From positions 7,095,070 to 7,159,069 of the forward strand of contig NC_068990.1 of NCBI RefSeq assembly GCF_001194135.2: a DNA stretch of 64,000 nt. Direction: 5' to 3'. Under the pieces are notes generated by a model that saw nothing but the letters and a program-made list of their open reading frames with translations, made no database searches and had not been told where the DNA came from. This document shows positions 1-13,040 of this stretch, in pieces. The DNA is from Octopus bimaculoides (Eukaryota). The translations under genes were made by a program, and so were the position numbers. Positions within the stretch are counted from its first letter, which is position 1. Each line of letters begins with the position of its first letter.

Positions 1-107
1 ATAACAAATGGCACTCTTCTTTTAATTTTGACTCTATATCTTCAGGAGGAGTTACCTCAATCCTTTCTATATTAACCAAAATGAAGTAGATTGACAAATT
101 TATTTTT

Positions 108-148
108 TGAACCAGTTGAAGACACACGAGATGTCGAAATATCGTTCA
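108..148 (+). ncRNA. Minimal type-I hammerhead-like fold with variant core (CAGUUGA) in a 151-bp tandem repeat
   Basis: Stem I UGAAC/GUUCA, core CAGUUGA+A, stem II GACA/UGUC, GAAA, palindromic AUAU stem III, AUC site. Positions 1-73 are repeated at 152-224. Confidence 0.45.
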
Positions 149-261
149 CCAGATAACAAATGGCACTCTTCTTTTAATTTTGACTCTATATCTTCAGGAG
201 GAGTTACCTCAATCCTTTCTATATTAATAATAATAATAATGAAAATAATAATAATAATAAT

Positions 262-407
262 CATCATCATCATCGTTTAACGTCCGCTTTCCATGCTAGC
301 ATGGGTTGGACGATTTGACTGAGCACTGGTGAAACCGGATGGCAACACCAGGCTCCAGTCTGATTTGGCAGAGTTTCTACAGCTGGATGCCCTTCCTAAC
401 GCCAACC
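262..407 (-). mobile_element. RTE-tail SINE/LINE 3' end family (ends in (GAT)n); fragment
   Basis: Motif ggcgttaggaagggcatccagctgtagaaactctgcc...gcatggaaagcggacgttaaacgatgat recurs many times in the window. Confidence 0.8.
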
Positions 408-480
408 TAATAATAATTAATAATTAATAATAATTAATAATAATAATACATAATAATTAATAATTAATAATAATAATAAT

Positions 481-1300
481 AAAAAAAGAATTAAAAAGAA
501 CTTTCTCTTCATGGATGATTTAAAACTGTTCACAAAAACAGAGCCTGGATTGGAGAGGCTGGTTGAAACTACATATGTGGTGCATAGATATAGGAATGAA
601 ACTTGGTATCCCAAAGTGTTTGGTGCTCATTTAGAAATGGGGGAAAAGAGCAGATTGTAAGGGCATAGAATTGCCAAATGGAAAGAGAATGGAAGACCTG
701 GATAATGATGGGTACAAGCACCTTGGGATCCTGGAGCTTGACAATATCTTGTACAGAGAAATGAAAGACAAGGTCATAACTGCATATTTGAAACACCTCA
801 AACTTCTCATGAAATCAAAACTCAACTCAAGGAATCTTGTGACTGCAATCAACATATGGGCTGTTGCTGTACTCTGCCATAGTGCATCCATCCTGAAATT
901 GACATGAGCAGAGATTAACCAACTCAATTGCACAACCTGAAGGACAATGACAATGCATAATGCCCTCTAGCCTAAGGCGAACATACACAGGCTCTAGATG
1001 AAGAGGTGTAAAGGTGGACGTGGGCTGATTAGCATACGCGAGCGCATCAATGGTGGAAGCAGAAACATGGTAGAATATTTGGTAAACAGCAAACAAGACC
1101 TGCTACAGTATGCTACTAATGCAGAAGGATTTACCAAAAATGGACTTAAGAGTGTTAATCAATTCTGTGCTAATCAATTCTGATCACAAATAGCCAACAA
1201 GAGAGAAGAGACTCTACACAGCATGGTACTGTAGGCTGCAGGTAGCAAGATCACTACACATGCAAGACTCCAGGAGCTCCAACAAAACCTATGATAAAGA
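481..1300 (+). pseudogene. 5'-truncated R4/Dong-like non-LTR retrotransposon RT fragment, between (TAA)n tracts
   Basis: LFMDDLKLF (511-519 MDD), YKHLGILE, KSKLNSRNLVTAINIWAVAVL and KGGRGL motifs, with stops and frameshifts. Confidence 0.75.
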
Positions 1301-1335
1301 GAAATAATAATAATAATAATAATAATGATGATAAT

Positions 1336-1544
1336 TCTTTCTGCAATAAGCACAAAGCCTGAAATTTTAGCGGAGAGAGCTAATCAATTACATCCACTCC
1401 ACTACTCAACTGTTACTCATTTTATCAACCCCCAAAAGAATGAAAGGCAATGTTAACCTTGGCAGAATTTGAACTCAGAATGTACAGCCAAAAGAACTGT
1501 CACAAAGCACTTTGTCTGGCTTGTTAACAATTCTGCCAGCTCTC
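1336..1544 (-). mobile_element. tRNA-derived SINE family B (gagctggcagaa...gcctttcatcctttcggggtcgat); other copies about 10690-10850(-), 10895-11030(-), 16088-16290(-), 45302-45510(+), 62395-62600(-), 63818-64000(-)
   Basis: Multi-copy similarity within the window; B-box gagttcaaattc. Confidence 0.75.
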
Positions 1545-1545
1545 T

Positions 1546-1549
1546 TATT

Positions 1550-1623
<74 letters not shown>

Positions 1624-1644
1624 TATTATTATTATTAGTATTAT

Positions 1645-1677
<33 letters not shown>
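1546..1677. repeat. (ATT)n/(AAT)n microsatellite
   Basis: Direct sequence; source of the spurious poly-Ile ORFs. Confidence 0.95.
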
Positions 1678-1678
<1 letters not shown>

Positions 1679-2065
1679 TTGTTGTTGTTGGCACTCCGTC
1701 GCTGACGATGTCGAGGGTTCCAGTTGATCCTATCAACGGAACAGCCTGCTCGTGAAATTAACGTGCAAGTGGCTGAGCACTCCACAGACATGTGTACCCT
1801 TAACGGAGTTCTCAGGGATATTCAGCGTGACACAGTGTGACAAGGCTGACCCTTTGAATTACAGGCACAACAGAAACAAGAAGTAAGAGTGAGAGAAAGT
1901 TGTGGTGAAAGAGTACAGCAGGGTTCACCACCATCCCCTGCTGGAGCCTTGTGGAGCTTTAGGTGTTTTCGCTCAATAAACACTCACAACGCCTGGTCTT
2001 GGAATTGAAACCGCGATCCTATGACCGCGAGTCCGCTGCCCTAATCACTGGGCCATTGCGCCTCC
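1678..2065 (-). mobile_element. tRNA-derived SINE family A, full length, (CAA)n tail
   Basis: Reverse complement starts ggaggcgcaatggcccagtgattagg (A-box) with ggtttcaattcc (B-box). Copies at 19076-19333 and 28155-28535. Confidence 0.85.
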
Positions 2066-3256
2066 ACAATAATATTATTATTACATGAGCATTAATATTA
2101 ATACCATAATATTAAGATACCATAATACTAATATTAATATTATGCTTTGAGGTATTTATTCTATCTCTTTGTTTTGATTTCAAATCCTGCTGACATTAAA
2201 TTTGCTTTTCATTCCCCCAAGGTCAATCAAGTACTGGTGACGGGGGATCATAGTATTGACTAATTCTCTCCTCTCAAAATCACTAACTTTATTTCAAAAT
2301 TTGAAATCATCATGATTATCATATTATTATTACTATTATTATTATTACTATTATTATTATTACTATTATTATTATTACTATTATTATTATTACTATTATT
2401 ATTATTAAAGAGGCAAGCTGGTCAGAGTCATTAAAAGTTAATTTTTGCCTTTAATCCTTTCAGGGTTGATGAAATAAGTACAAGTCGAACACTAGGGTTG
2501 ATGTAATCTGCTAGCTCTCTCCCCCAAATTTCAGGCCTTGCGCATATAGTAGAAAGGATTATTATTATTATTATTACAATTTTATCATCATCACCATTAT
2601 CATCATGAACAAAACAATAACAATATTAAAGGAAGTTGATGGTTAAAATGGTAAAGTTTCAAACAGAATGTCTAATGGTACATTCAGTTATACCCCGATA
2701 AGTTTTGTGTTCAAATCATACCCAGTTCAACTTAGCCTTTTGTCCTTCAACAAACCAAGTACTGGAAATAATTTAATTGATTTTACTTCTTTCTACAAAT
2801 TTAAGGTCTTTTGCCCAATTTAGACATCATTATATTGGGTAAATACTAACTAAACACTTTTTTCCCAAAATGTGTAGCCCTATAGTACCTCTATTAGATA
2901 TTACTATTACTGTCACCTCTAACGCTATAACAGCTACAGTTGCCCACTTTCACATTATCTATATAAACTGATATATGTTCTTGTGATTGCCTAAGGACAT
3001 ATAGTGTTCTGTGACAGATTTCTCATTTCATTGGCCATTTTGTTCAGTTATTTGTTACCATAGTTATAGAAGTTGGGTTTGATGATTTATTCGACACATT
3101 TATGACTAATGCACCGAATTGTAAACCTCTGGATGTGAATTAGATTATTTTTGCCTATTGAAGTTAGATGTGATAAAGAAATATCTACGCGTCATCAGGT
3201 GTCCCATCTAGCTTGTCTGCTATTCTTTTTTGCTAATAATATTTCTTTCGTTCCAG

Positions 3257-3438
3257 AATAGAATTGCCGACCATATATCCAGTCTTATGAATGCAATACA
3301 AATGATTTACTGTAATTCCCAATATTTCAATACTTCTGAACGGATGACATCATTGTTTGTCAAAATAACTAACCAGTTGATATCGACATGCAAGGCTTAC
3401 CTGTTAGAGGATGAATACAAAATATGGGACCGGCAAAA
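3257..3438 (+). CDS. DNAH5: Axonemal dynein heavy chain (DNAH5/8-like) exon 1 of window
   Basis: ttccag acceptor, gtatgc donor. NRIADHISSLMNAIQMIYCNSQYFNTSERMTSLFVKITNQLISTCKAYL resembles remembered DNAH5 [31 protein letters not shown]. Ends in phase 2. Confidence 0.92.
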
Positions 3439-3455
3439 GTATGCGCTTTCTCATT

Positions 3456-3490
<35 letters not shown>

Positions 3491-5385
3491 ACAATTTGAA
3501 TTTATTTGATTACAGTATTACATAGGAGATCCAAACATAGAAATACCATGGGCAATGTACATATGTATTCACATATGTATGTACATACTTATGTGTGTAT
3601 TTATGTATATATATATGTTTAGTTGTGTAATGTTTTCATAAGTAAGAAAAGAACAGGTATTCATATATTAGACAAGGAAATGAATATATTATTTATAACA
3701 ATATATTATTACAGTATATTATTTGTAACAATATTATAAATTTTGTCTCATGACAGCCAATTCATGTTATCAAACAAGTTTCTTGTTGAAGAACCGTCCA
3801 ACTGTAGAAATGTAAATTAACAATCATTGGACATAACTGAATGGAACAGTATAGCTTGGAGCTCAATGATGTTATAAAATGCTACAATGGAACTCATGGG
3901 TGAAACAAAACAAAGCTGACTGTTAAGTTCATCAGATTCATCCCTTCTAGTCACTGTCCTCCAATGTCAGCATTTAAATGGCATCTACTCACCCCACTTT
4001 TTTAGTGTATGTGTGTCATTACCTCTGCATGAGCAAGTTGCTTTTGTGTTTGGCTTATTTACTAAAACTTGCATTGTGTTTGGTGCACAGCTGAAGGAGA
4101 CCCTCAAAGTGTGCTTATTGAAAATTTCCTGCACCTATATGTCTGCAGGAAAATTCTTATCTACTAATTATAGGGAGACACTACCTACATAAGTTGTAAT
4201 ATTAATATTTTCTCATCTTGTATATCATATCAAACTACAGAGAGCTTTCAAACTTTTCACATGTGTTGAGGTCAGATTGTCCACTGTCTTTTATCTATGC
4301 ATCTGTAGATGAGGCTCTTTCTAATTTTTTCTCTATCTCCTGGCAGGGTGGCATGAAAGTTTGGTTTTGCTACTGTCTATTTTTTTTAGAGAACTCATGT
4401 TCAATGATAACGTTCTGTCCACCATTGTTGTATAACATTTTTTAAAGAGTTCACTTTTATGATGTTGGTCGTGGAAGTGTTGTTGTTGCAAATCATATTT
4501 TTAAAGTGCTGTTGTTGTTATTGTTGCTGTTGTAGTTAAACTTATGTTGTTATCATTGTCATTACCACTGCTATTGTTGTTATTCTTGCTGATGGCTATG
4601 TTATTTTAGTTATAGTATCTTAGCATGTTTCCTTCTCTTCGACAGTATTTTCTAAGCAAGAAATGCTTTCTTTCGTATTTGTCATCCTCTCATTCTTCTC
4701 TTTCACTCCATCTGTTCCATTCTTTGCTCCCTTCTATTTGCTATGCAACTCTCCATCAAACATTATTATTGCAAATCTGTGTACATTTATATTTAACTCA
4801 TTCAAATATATTCATGCATGCAAAGGCCTTTGCTGCAATAGCTATCTCAGAAGAGAAATACTTCTTATAGTCAATGTGTGTGAAAACACACCAAACTAAA
4901 CTATTAATGGTATCATCAGATTGTGAAACACATTTTGCCATAGTTATACTACATTAGTTAAAATCATTGAGACTGTCATGCATAGCCCACTGGGAACTGC
5001 TACTCTTGTATGTGTATAACAGAAAATAAATCGACTGGTATGTGCAAAGCTTTGTCAAGCTGGAATTAGTAAATTGAAAACACTAAGAAGCAATGATCAA
5101 ATAGAGCTATCTATTAGGAGGATTTATTTTCTGAGACAATTACTACAGCAAAGGCCTTCCCACATTTATGTGTATATAAATATGTTAAATATAAATGTAC
5201 ATAACTTTTCTTTTAAACATCACTGCTTAACATGCCTTTGATTTATTATTGAACCCCAGGCATGCTGAAATGTGCTCAGTAATAAAGGAAAGCACACAAA
5301 AATAAGATCAGTAAAAAATGGTAACATTAATACTGTGGTATGTTATAAAACTAAATCTTTCCCTTTTTTTTATTCTCAATTGCAG

Positions 5386-5505
5386 AGAAGTGGTAATACC
5401 AATGCTGCAAGATTGCATGAAACTGAATGAAAAATACCATGAAGAATTCTGTAAAACAAAAGAATATCTCAAATATCAACCTTCTAAAAGACAATTTGAA
5501 TTCAG
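5386..5505 (+). CDS. DNAH5: DNAH5/8-like exon 2
   Basis: tgcag acceptor, gtaatt donor. (K)EVVIPMLQDCMKLNEKYHEEFCKTKEYLKYQPSKRQFEF(S). Phase 2-2, consistent with both neighbours. Confidence 0.9.
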
Positions 5506-6082
5506 GTAATTTCTCTATCATTTACTCCATTGTTTACCGTTTTGAATTTTTTATGCTATGTAAAATTTTATCTGATAAACAAAACATTGTGTTATTTGTA
5601 TAGAGAAGAAACAGGGTCTCAGTAGACTGACTTTCTGCTACAGAGATACAATTTGCATGAAGGATAAAAGCTGTTAACATATTTAATAAAGAGGGCATTA
5701 CAAGGCTGACTAGAAATAATTAGGCAACAAGTAAAAAAAAAAATGTTAGTCAATGACAAGTATTATATTATTTCAGTTAATATGGGATAATATTATTGAC
5801 ATAGTTCAATCCTATTAAATGATGATGATATGTATGTGTATGTTTCCTTGTCTTGGCATTGCATCACTGTCTTGGCATAAGCGTCACCGTCATATAAGCA
5901 GTGTCTTGTTTAGTCACACCATAAAGGAATATTACCTTACTTGGAAACTGATGAGGACTACCAATAGGATGGGCATCCAACCATATAAAAACTGCTTCAT
6001 ATAAATTCCATCTGACCCATGGGAGCATGGAAAAGAAGATATATATATAAAAATACTGGAACCTGTTTTATTCTCTAAAGAA

Positions 6083-6143
<61 letters not shown>

Positions 6144-6364
6144 AATGTACATGCATTCATATGCTCTCTGGTTGAAGCTTAGGAAGCTAGGCAATGAGAA
6201 TAATCTAAAGTGTGTTTTAATTTTAAATTCTGAGAATATTACTAAATACAAAATGTGCCAGAAGCCTGGAAGGCACTAGACCGAAACCTATCTATCATAC
6301 AAGTATATAATCAATATTAATAATAATTTCTAATTTCAGAAATTCTGACTATATATATATATAT

Positions 6365-6448
<84 letters not shown>

Positions 6449-6487
6449 GGAGAGGGAGAGAGAGAGGGGGAGAGGGGGAGAGAGTCA

Positions 6488-7767
6488 GTCATCTCATAAA
6501 TAATGCGTTTTCTTTTATGCTTCTTTTATTTTTGAAAATTAAGATAAACAAGGTTCTTTTTTCTTCTAAAATATACTCTCCTTCTACAATACTCTTCAAG
6601 CTATCTGGTAGACTTGCAAGACTCCTCTCCTAAAATTCACTTGTCTGTAATGAAACATACTCCTCCAATACTGTTCTGACCTTGTCTACAGAATTCATAT
6701 TTTTTCCGTCCAAATAATTTTGAAGACTGTGGAATAACTGATAATCAGATGGGGCAATGTCTCGCGAATATGGTGGGTGGGGCATCGGTTCTCATTCAAA
6801 CTGTTTCAGCCTTTGGAATGTCATCCTCACTGTATATGGCCAAGCATTATCCTGATGGAAGAACACTTTTTGTCTTGAAACCAAAGATGGTCATTTTTCT
6901 TCTAGCGCTGACTTAAGCCACTCAAGCTGCTCACACTAGATCTCTTTTGTCATCATTTGGTTTGGGTTTAAAAGAAGTTCAAAATGGACTAAAGCTTTCA
7001 TATCTCACCAAACAGATAACAACGCCTTAAATGGATTAAGACCTTCTTTGGCTTGGGGTGTTGGTGTTTCTCCTTTCCCTACTCACTGTCTTCGGTGCTT
7101 GACATTTTATAGAGAACCCATTTCTCGTCACCAGTCACTATTCGGTCCAAAAATGGTTCAGTCGGGAGACACGACAGCAAAGAAGAGCACATTCTCTCTC
7201 TGCATGTGATTAAACTCGGAAAGTTTATGAGGAACCCAACAACCCAATTTGCTGACTTCTCCAATCGCGCACAGGTGTTGATGAATAGTTGAATGATCAA
7301 ATCCAAGTTTCTCTGCTAGCTCCTTAACAGTTACGATAGGTTCTTTTTTGCTCCACCAGGGTTTATAGGATGTCCTCATCGAGCTCTAAGGATCTTCAAG
7401 GATAAGTCTCATCTTCTAGGCTGTAGTTTCCAGCTCGGAATTTCTAGAACCAGCATTGACACTGGCTTATGCTTATTGTCCGATCCCCATATACTGCAGT
7501 AATATTCCTCACACTTTCCATTGCGTTGTTGCCTTTCTTAACCTCATAAAGCAAAATAAACTGAATATGCTCCTTTCTCACTTCCATTATAGCTTTGAAA
7601 AAAATAACTGTTAAAATCGAGCTGCACTCCTCAAAACTAGCACTAAGAATAAGGACAAGGTAAAATTACTACCTGCTTTTATAGCAAGTTGATGCAGGTA
7701 GTTTATCCCATCCCCCTCCAACTTTTATTTCATGCAATTGAAAAACCTGCATTACTTAAGGGATGAC

Positions 7768-7772
<5 letters not shown>
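6488..7772 (-). mobile_element. Near full-length decayed mariner (DD34D) transposon
   Basis: WVPHKL, RIVTGDEKW, HQDNA and HPPYSRDIAPSDY motifs on the minus strand. TIR-like ends gtcatctcataaataatgcg / gcattacttaagggatgacccaa, next to (TA)n. About 1.3 kb. Confidence 0.9.
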
Positions 7773-7814
<42 letters not shown>

Positions 7815-9289
7815 GAAATGTTAGTGCCAAGCAGTGTTTAAGCATAAACAAAATTTTGGTTAGTTAAAATGTTTGTGACATATTTCAACTGCTAATAGGC
7901 AAATTCACTGCAGTTACCATAGAGATAATATTTCTCTTAGGGTGAAAAGGTGTGAAAACAATCTGTTTTTTCAGTGTCGCCATCTATCAGGAATTCCAGA
8001 CATTGAATGTTTCAAGCTTCTTGGCTCTTGGCAATGAGATGTACCTAAGAGGGGCAACTCTGAACAAACTTATAAAGCAATAGCTTTTTGTTAAATACAG
8101 TTGACAACGTTGACTGATTTGCATTGGTAGATTGCCCAACCGTAGAAAAATGACAAAATGTTAGCACCAAGCAGTGTTTAAGCACACACACACACAAACA
8201 CACACACACACACACACACACATGCATACAAGCATATACATGCACTATTATCATCAGCATTTTACATCCACTTCATAGAGTGCACTGGGTGCATTTTTCA
8301 TTACACTAGCCCGAGAGAGTTAACCATGTCCTTGACATGACTATAGGGGTTTCAGGAACCTATGCATCTGTTTGCCAATGTCTTTACATTGTAGCAAGTA
8401 TGGATGAGAGTCACATGAATGATGGTGTTAAGAATGATGTATGACAGGGAGGTTAAGTGATAAGGTACACAATATTCAGAGATAGGTATACATATTTAAG
8501 GCAATGTAACTGAGAGAATAAGACGATGGCTGAAGGTCAAGCAACCCAGGAAATGGATAATGATGACAGAGACCCAGGCTGTAGAGAGAAAAAGGATCAG
8601 AGTATGACAGCTGAATGAAATGGTTTGATGACAAGCAGTACAGGAGATGGAGAAGGCAGAGTGCACCTGGTACAGTTAATCAGTGTTGTCACCTATTCAA
8701 AGGCTTCCTTATGAGCCGAAAGAGACAAAGAGATGAGAGTGGCAGTAGGGGAAAGGAAAAGTATGTGGGTCCTTTATCAGTGAACGGCCGAAATTAGTGT
8801 TGGTGAGAGTGTCAAATATATGCAGTGACGTCCTCAGTTACACTGGAGGCAGTGCATGCTGGGTGGAAAAGATCTACTGCTGTCCTTAGTCAAACCAGTG
8901 GCATAGTACAGTGAGGTTGAGACGAGGAGTAAGTGTTGAGAAATAAGCAGCAAGAGAGTGGATGTAGGAGGCAGGAAAGATAAAGGCATTGGTGAAAGAA
9001 ACATGGGTAACAGTACTAAGTGTAATAAGCAAATGAGTGGTAAATGGTTGTGTGATGAGAAAGATGTGAGACGGAGGGGTGAGTGATAAGAGTGTGAAAA
9101 GGGTGGGAAGTTATCAAACAGGTCAACGATATAGACCTGACTGTATGTCTATATACATACATATATATACTTGCACACACATACATATGTATACCCAAGA
9201 AGCATAAACTTGCATCTTCTCATCTTCATTAACATTAGTTTGTAGATCATAATGTTTTTGCTCTTCCAGATTTTATTTACCTTTATCAT

Positions 9290-9850
9290 GTTGCTGTTAC
9301 TGCAATTAGCCCCAGTTCAATGTATTTCTTCAACAAATCATGACAGTAAACCAAGCTGATTTCGACGGCACATTGAAGATTGGTGGAAAATTGGTCACTA
9401 ATCTAAGACATGGAGAGATCATTGATTCATTAGCAGATTCTAAAAGTGGATTATCTGCTATCAAGAGACTTGATATTTCCCGTGAATGTGGTATGGAAAG
9501 CAACTGTGAAGATGCAATACGAATCAATGTAATTCATCTGCAATCAGTGGATACATTAATTTACTTCAGCTTTCTAATCAACTTTGACATGAAAAACTGA
9601 GACAAATTGCAATACTAAGAGCATAATTTAGAATACACCTGCCTTCAAATAGTTCTTGCATTTTAAACTATAAATTCTAACAACCACCCCAAAGTTTTCA
9701 CTCAGTTAAAAAGCTCACATGAAATGAAACATGTTGCTATCACCAATGAATCATTTAAATCTGATATTTGATGATGGTCGTCCAAGAAAGACAGTTCTGC
9801 AATTTCTTGATGAACAACCTGCCCAAATGATTCATTTCTAGTGAACGTTT
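9290..9850 (+). pseudogene. RTE-type LINE reverse transcriptase remnant
   Basis: DFDGTLKIGGKLVTNLRHGEIIDSLA is a decayed form of the KIGGR.ITNLRFADDI motif. Confidence 0.65.
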
Positions 9851-10043
9851 GTAATGTACATTAGCTCACTCCTTCCATCAAATCAATGTTGCTTGAACAG
9901 ATGCATGGTGTTCCACATGGTGTCAGATGCTGCATGGTGTTCCACTATATGTCAGATGTTGCAGTTATCACAGAACAATGTGAGATGAAGCGTTTTGCTC
10001 AAGAAATCACAACAAACCACCTGGGCCAGGAATCTAATATATA

Positions 10044-10365
10044 GTAGGAGCACTCTGTCGGTTACAACAATGAGGGTCTCAGCTGATGCAGTCAACAGCA
10101 CAGCTTGCTCTTGAAATTAACGTGAAAGTGGCTGAGCACTCTGCATACACGTACCCTTAATGTAGTTCTCAGGGAGATTCAGCGTGACACAGTGTAACAA
10201 GACTGGCCCTTTGAAATACAGATACAACTCATTTTTGCAAGCTGAGTGGGCTGGAGCAATGTGAAATAAAGTGTCTTGCTCAAGAACACAATGCATCACT
10301 GGGAATTGAACTCACAACCTTACAATCATGAGCGGAATGCCCTAACTACTAAGCCATGCACTTTC
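10044..10365 (-). mobile_element. Chimeric SINE: family E head with family A body and tail
   Basis: Head matches 38845-39027; body matches 1700-1860. Confidence 0.7.
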
Positions 10366-11960
10366 ACAATCTAATATATAATTTTGAGGCCATTGATTGA
10401 ATGTGACTTCTAATTTATAACTAGTCTTTCAAATATGTATGATACATATAGGAAGGATAAATCAACAGGTGGATGGATTCTCATTGTTGGATTTTGATTA
10501 ATTCCTTTCTTCAGGTACAATAGAAAATTTTAAGAAGGACAAAAGTAGAACTTTTTCCTGCCTTAAACAAGTTTAGAAATTCGAAAACTGCATAATCAAA
10601 GCAAATACGTCTGACAGAAAAAAATAATGTCGATAATGTAAAATAATAATTGTTTCTAACATAAGCATAGAGCAAGAAATTTGTGGGAAGGGTGTTCGTC
10701 AAATCAATCCCGGTACTTGACTAACTTTATTTTATGAACCCCAGAGAAATGAAAGGCAATGTTGATCTCAACAGGATTTGAAAACAGAGCTGAAAGAAAT
10801 GCTGCAAAGTACTTTTTCTGATGTTATAAGAATTCTACCAACTTACTGCCTTATCATCGTTTCTGATTTAGATAAAAGGCCATCAAATTTGAAAGGAAGA
10901 GTTAGTGAATACCATCCAACCCACTACTTAACTGATACTTTATTTTATTGATCCCAAAAGGATGAAAGGCAAGGTAAACCTCAGTGAGATCTGAATTCAG
11001 AATGTACAGCAGTATAGAGTCAGTGATAGTGGTTGAGCCAAGACATGCTAGTTCGAGGTCACAGATATAAAGGTTATTAGGATGTTGTACATGATGCCAA
11101 AAAGGTACTAAAGAGGTGTATTGAAACAAAAGCAGGAAAAAAAAAGAAAAGAAAAAAATAAAGAAAAGTAGGGAAGGTTTCAATAAGAATAAAGGAATGA
11201 AAGAGAGAAGAAACATAGCACATACGTGGTATGGATTGAGGTTTTTAGTCTGCTAGTATGTATTTGTTCATGTGGAGACATCAAGAAAATATGTTATTGT
11301 TTGAGTTGAAAACAGATATTTGAATATTTAAAGTTTCCAGAATGTGTATCCTATCAGACAGGACCAGTGCTTCTAGGTTCTGTTTATATAAACCTTTCTT
11401 TTCCTTTTGATACTGTTGTTAATATTTTTGTTTTTTCAATGACTAAATATTGCCTGGCAGTGTCGTGGTTGTTTGCTTGTCTAGACATTTGAAAGATGAC
11501 TTCTGCATAATTTGATTAGATGTGGCTTATGGTGGGTTGGACCAAAGCGTATTCATATTTAGAATTTGTATGAACATCCTGGGTCTATGATTGACACAGT
11601 TTTGAACTATGTTTTCAGTTTCATATTGAAAGCACAGCAGTACCTGATGCTCACTGTACATTGGCATCAGATCTTGTAATGTACTGGGAGATGAATGCAT
11701 AGAAGAATCAGAAATGTAGATTACACTAATTTCAACGTCTAAAAAAAAAGGGGGTTGCCAACCAGATAATTTTCCTGAGTCTATTTCTGAATCTTTCAAT
11801 TTGGGGCATAGAGGATTTATTCCTTGGAACTACTATTTAAGAACGCTGTTATAGTTGGGGATCTTTCTATCAAGCATTCCCTCAGAAAAAGAGAGAGCCT
11901 TTGGTTCACTCTGGAAATGAAGTTTCTGAAAGCTCAAATTATAGAGGTGATAGGTAAGTC

Positions 11961-12001
<41 letters not shown>

Positions 12002-12228
12002 NNNNNNNNNNNNNNNNNNNNNNNNNNNNNNNNNNNNNNNNNNNNNNNNNNNNNNNNNNNNNNNNNNNNNNNNNNNNNNNNNNNNNNNNNNNNNNNNNNN
12101 NNNNNNNNNNNNNNNNNNNNNNNNNNNNNNNNNNNNNNNNNNNNNNNNNNNNNNNNNNNNNNNNNNNNNNNNNNNNNNNNNNNNNNNNNNNNNNNNNNNN
12201 NNNNNNNNNNNNNNNNNNNNNNNNNNNN
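12002..12228. other. Assembly gap (others at 19334-19343, 20344-20442, 42093-42824, 55997-56310)
   Basis: N runs, mostly bounded by microsatellites or repeats. Confidence 0.99.
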
Positions 12229-12263
<35 letters not shown>

Positions 12264-12296
12264 CTTCTTGATATTTCTTACATTATTTCCTTACAG

Positions 12297-12498
12297 TGAA
12301 CACTGCATATTTTGGAAATTTGATGCTTTTTGCAAGCGACTTGAAAAGATCCAAGAGACTATTGACACAATAAACGTATTTCTTCTTATGAAAGATATCA
12401 AAATTGATGGCATAGAGTCTGTTTTGGTGAAAAACAAGACAATTATAGAAACAATGAAGAAAAAGAATTATGACATATTTGATTACAGAAATAATGAG
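12297..12498 (+). CDS. DNAH5: DNAH5/8-like exon 3
   Basis: ttacag acceptor, gtaatg donor. SEHCIFWKFDAFCKRLEKI...KKKNYDIFDYRNNE resembles DNAH5 SEMYIFGKFETFHRRLAKI...KKKEYNFLDQRK. Confidence 0.92.
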
Positions 12499-12947
12499 GT
12501 AATGAAAGACACTTAGAATTATTTACTGTTGATATATGCTTATGTAGTGATTATTGAATTTCACATCGATAAAATAGAGGAGTTCATCTCAATCTGTTGA
12601 CTACTCTTTCATAGCCTGAGAAAATTATTTTGTGAATCAGTTGCTTGGGATGCACCAGACATCTCTAGTATACTTAGAATAAGTAAAAGATTCCTTTTGC
12701 TATAATTTATCATTATAATTATAGGCCACATCCCCTGAAAGCATCCTTCGACAAACATGACAATCTAATGAACACCACATAAGCACACTAACTACAACAA
12801 GCAGGAATCAGTCTTGCACCTTGATTTGAAAGAAAGTTCAATAATATTTTCAAGATTGGTACTTCACAAAACGACAGCCGGTTCTACTAAGCTATATAAA
12901 ATCATTTCCCGTTTGATGCTTCTTTCATTATTTTCCTCTCATTTCAG

Positions 12948-13040
12948 TTTGATCAAGACTATGTCAATTTCATGAGTCAAATTGACTATCTGTGCTTGAT
13001 GATACTCGTACTCATTGACAGCTGGATTGAAAGATTTTCT
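12948..13040 (+). CDS. DNAH5: DNAH5/8-like exon 4 (not in ORF track)
   Basis: tttcag acceptor, gtaagt donor, 93 nt, phase 0-0. FDQDYVNFMSQIDYLCLMILVLIDSWIERFS resembles DNAH5 FDQDYEEF. Confidence 0.88.

Noticed and set aside
1453-1791. Poly-Ile, VC/HT/YI-repeat and X-filled ORFs in the ORF track (also 11963-12299, 41981-42867, 55887-56481 and others)
   Set aside because: They are translations of microsatellites and N gaps, not proteins.
3186-3203. Minus-strand gacac-CTGATGA-cgcg hammerhead-like start
   Set aside because: There is no stem II partner or GAAA downstream.
8300-9220. Purine-rich, probably repeat-derived block
   Set aside because: I could not recognise a protein motif or a second copy in the window, so it is left unassigned.
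10500-10590. Exon-like tcttcag|GTIENFKKDK
   Set aside because: It has an in-frame stop and no dynein similarity; exons 2 and 3 already join in phase.
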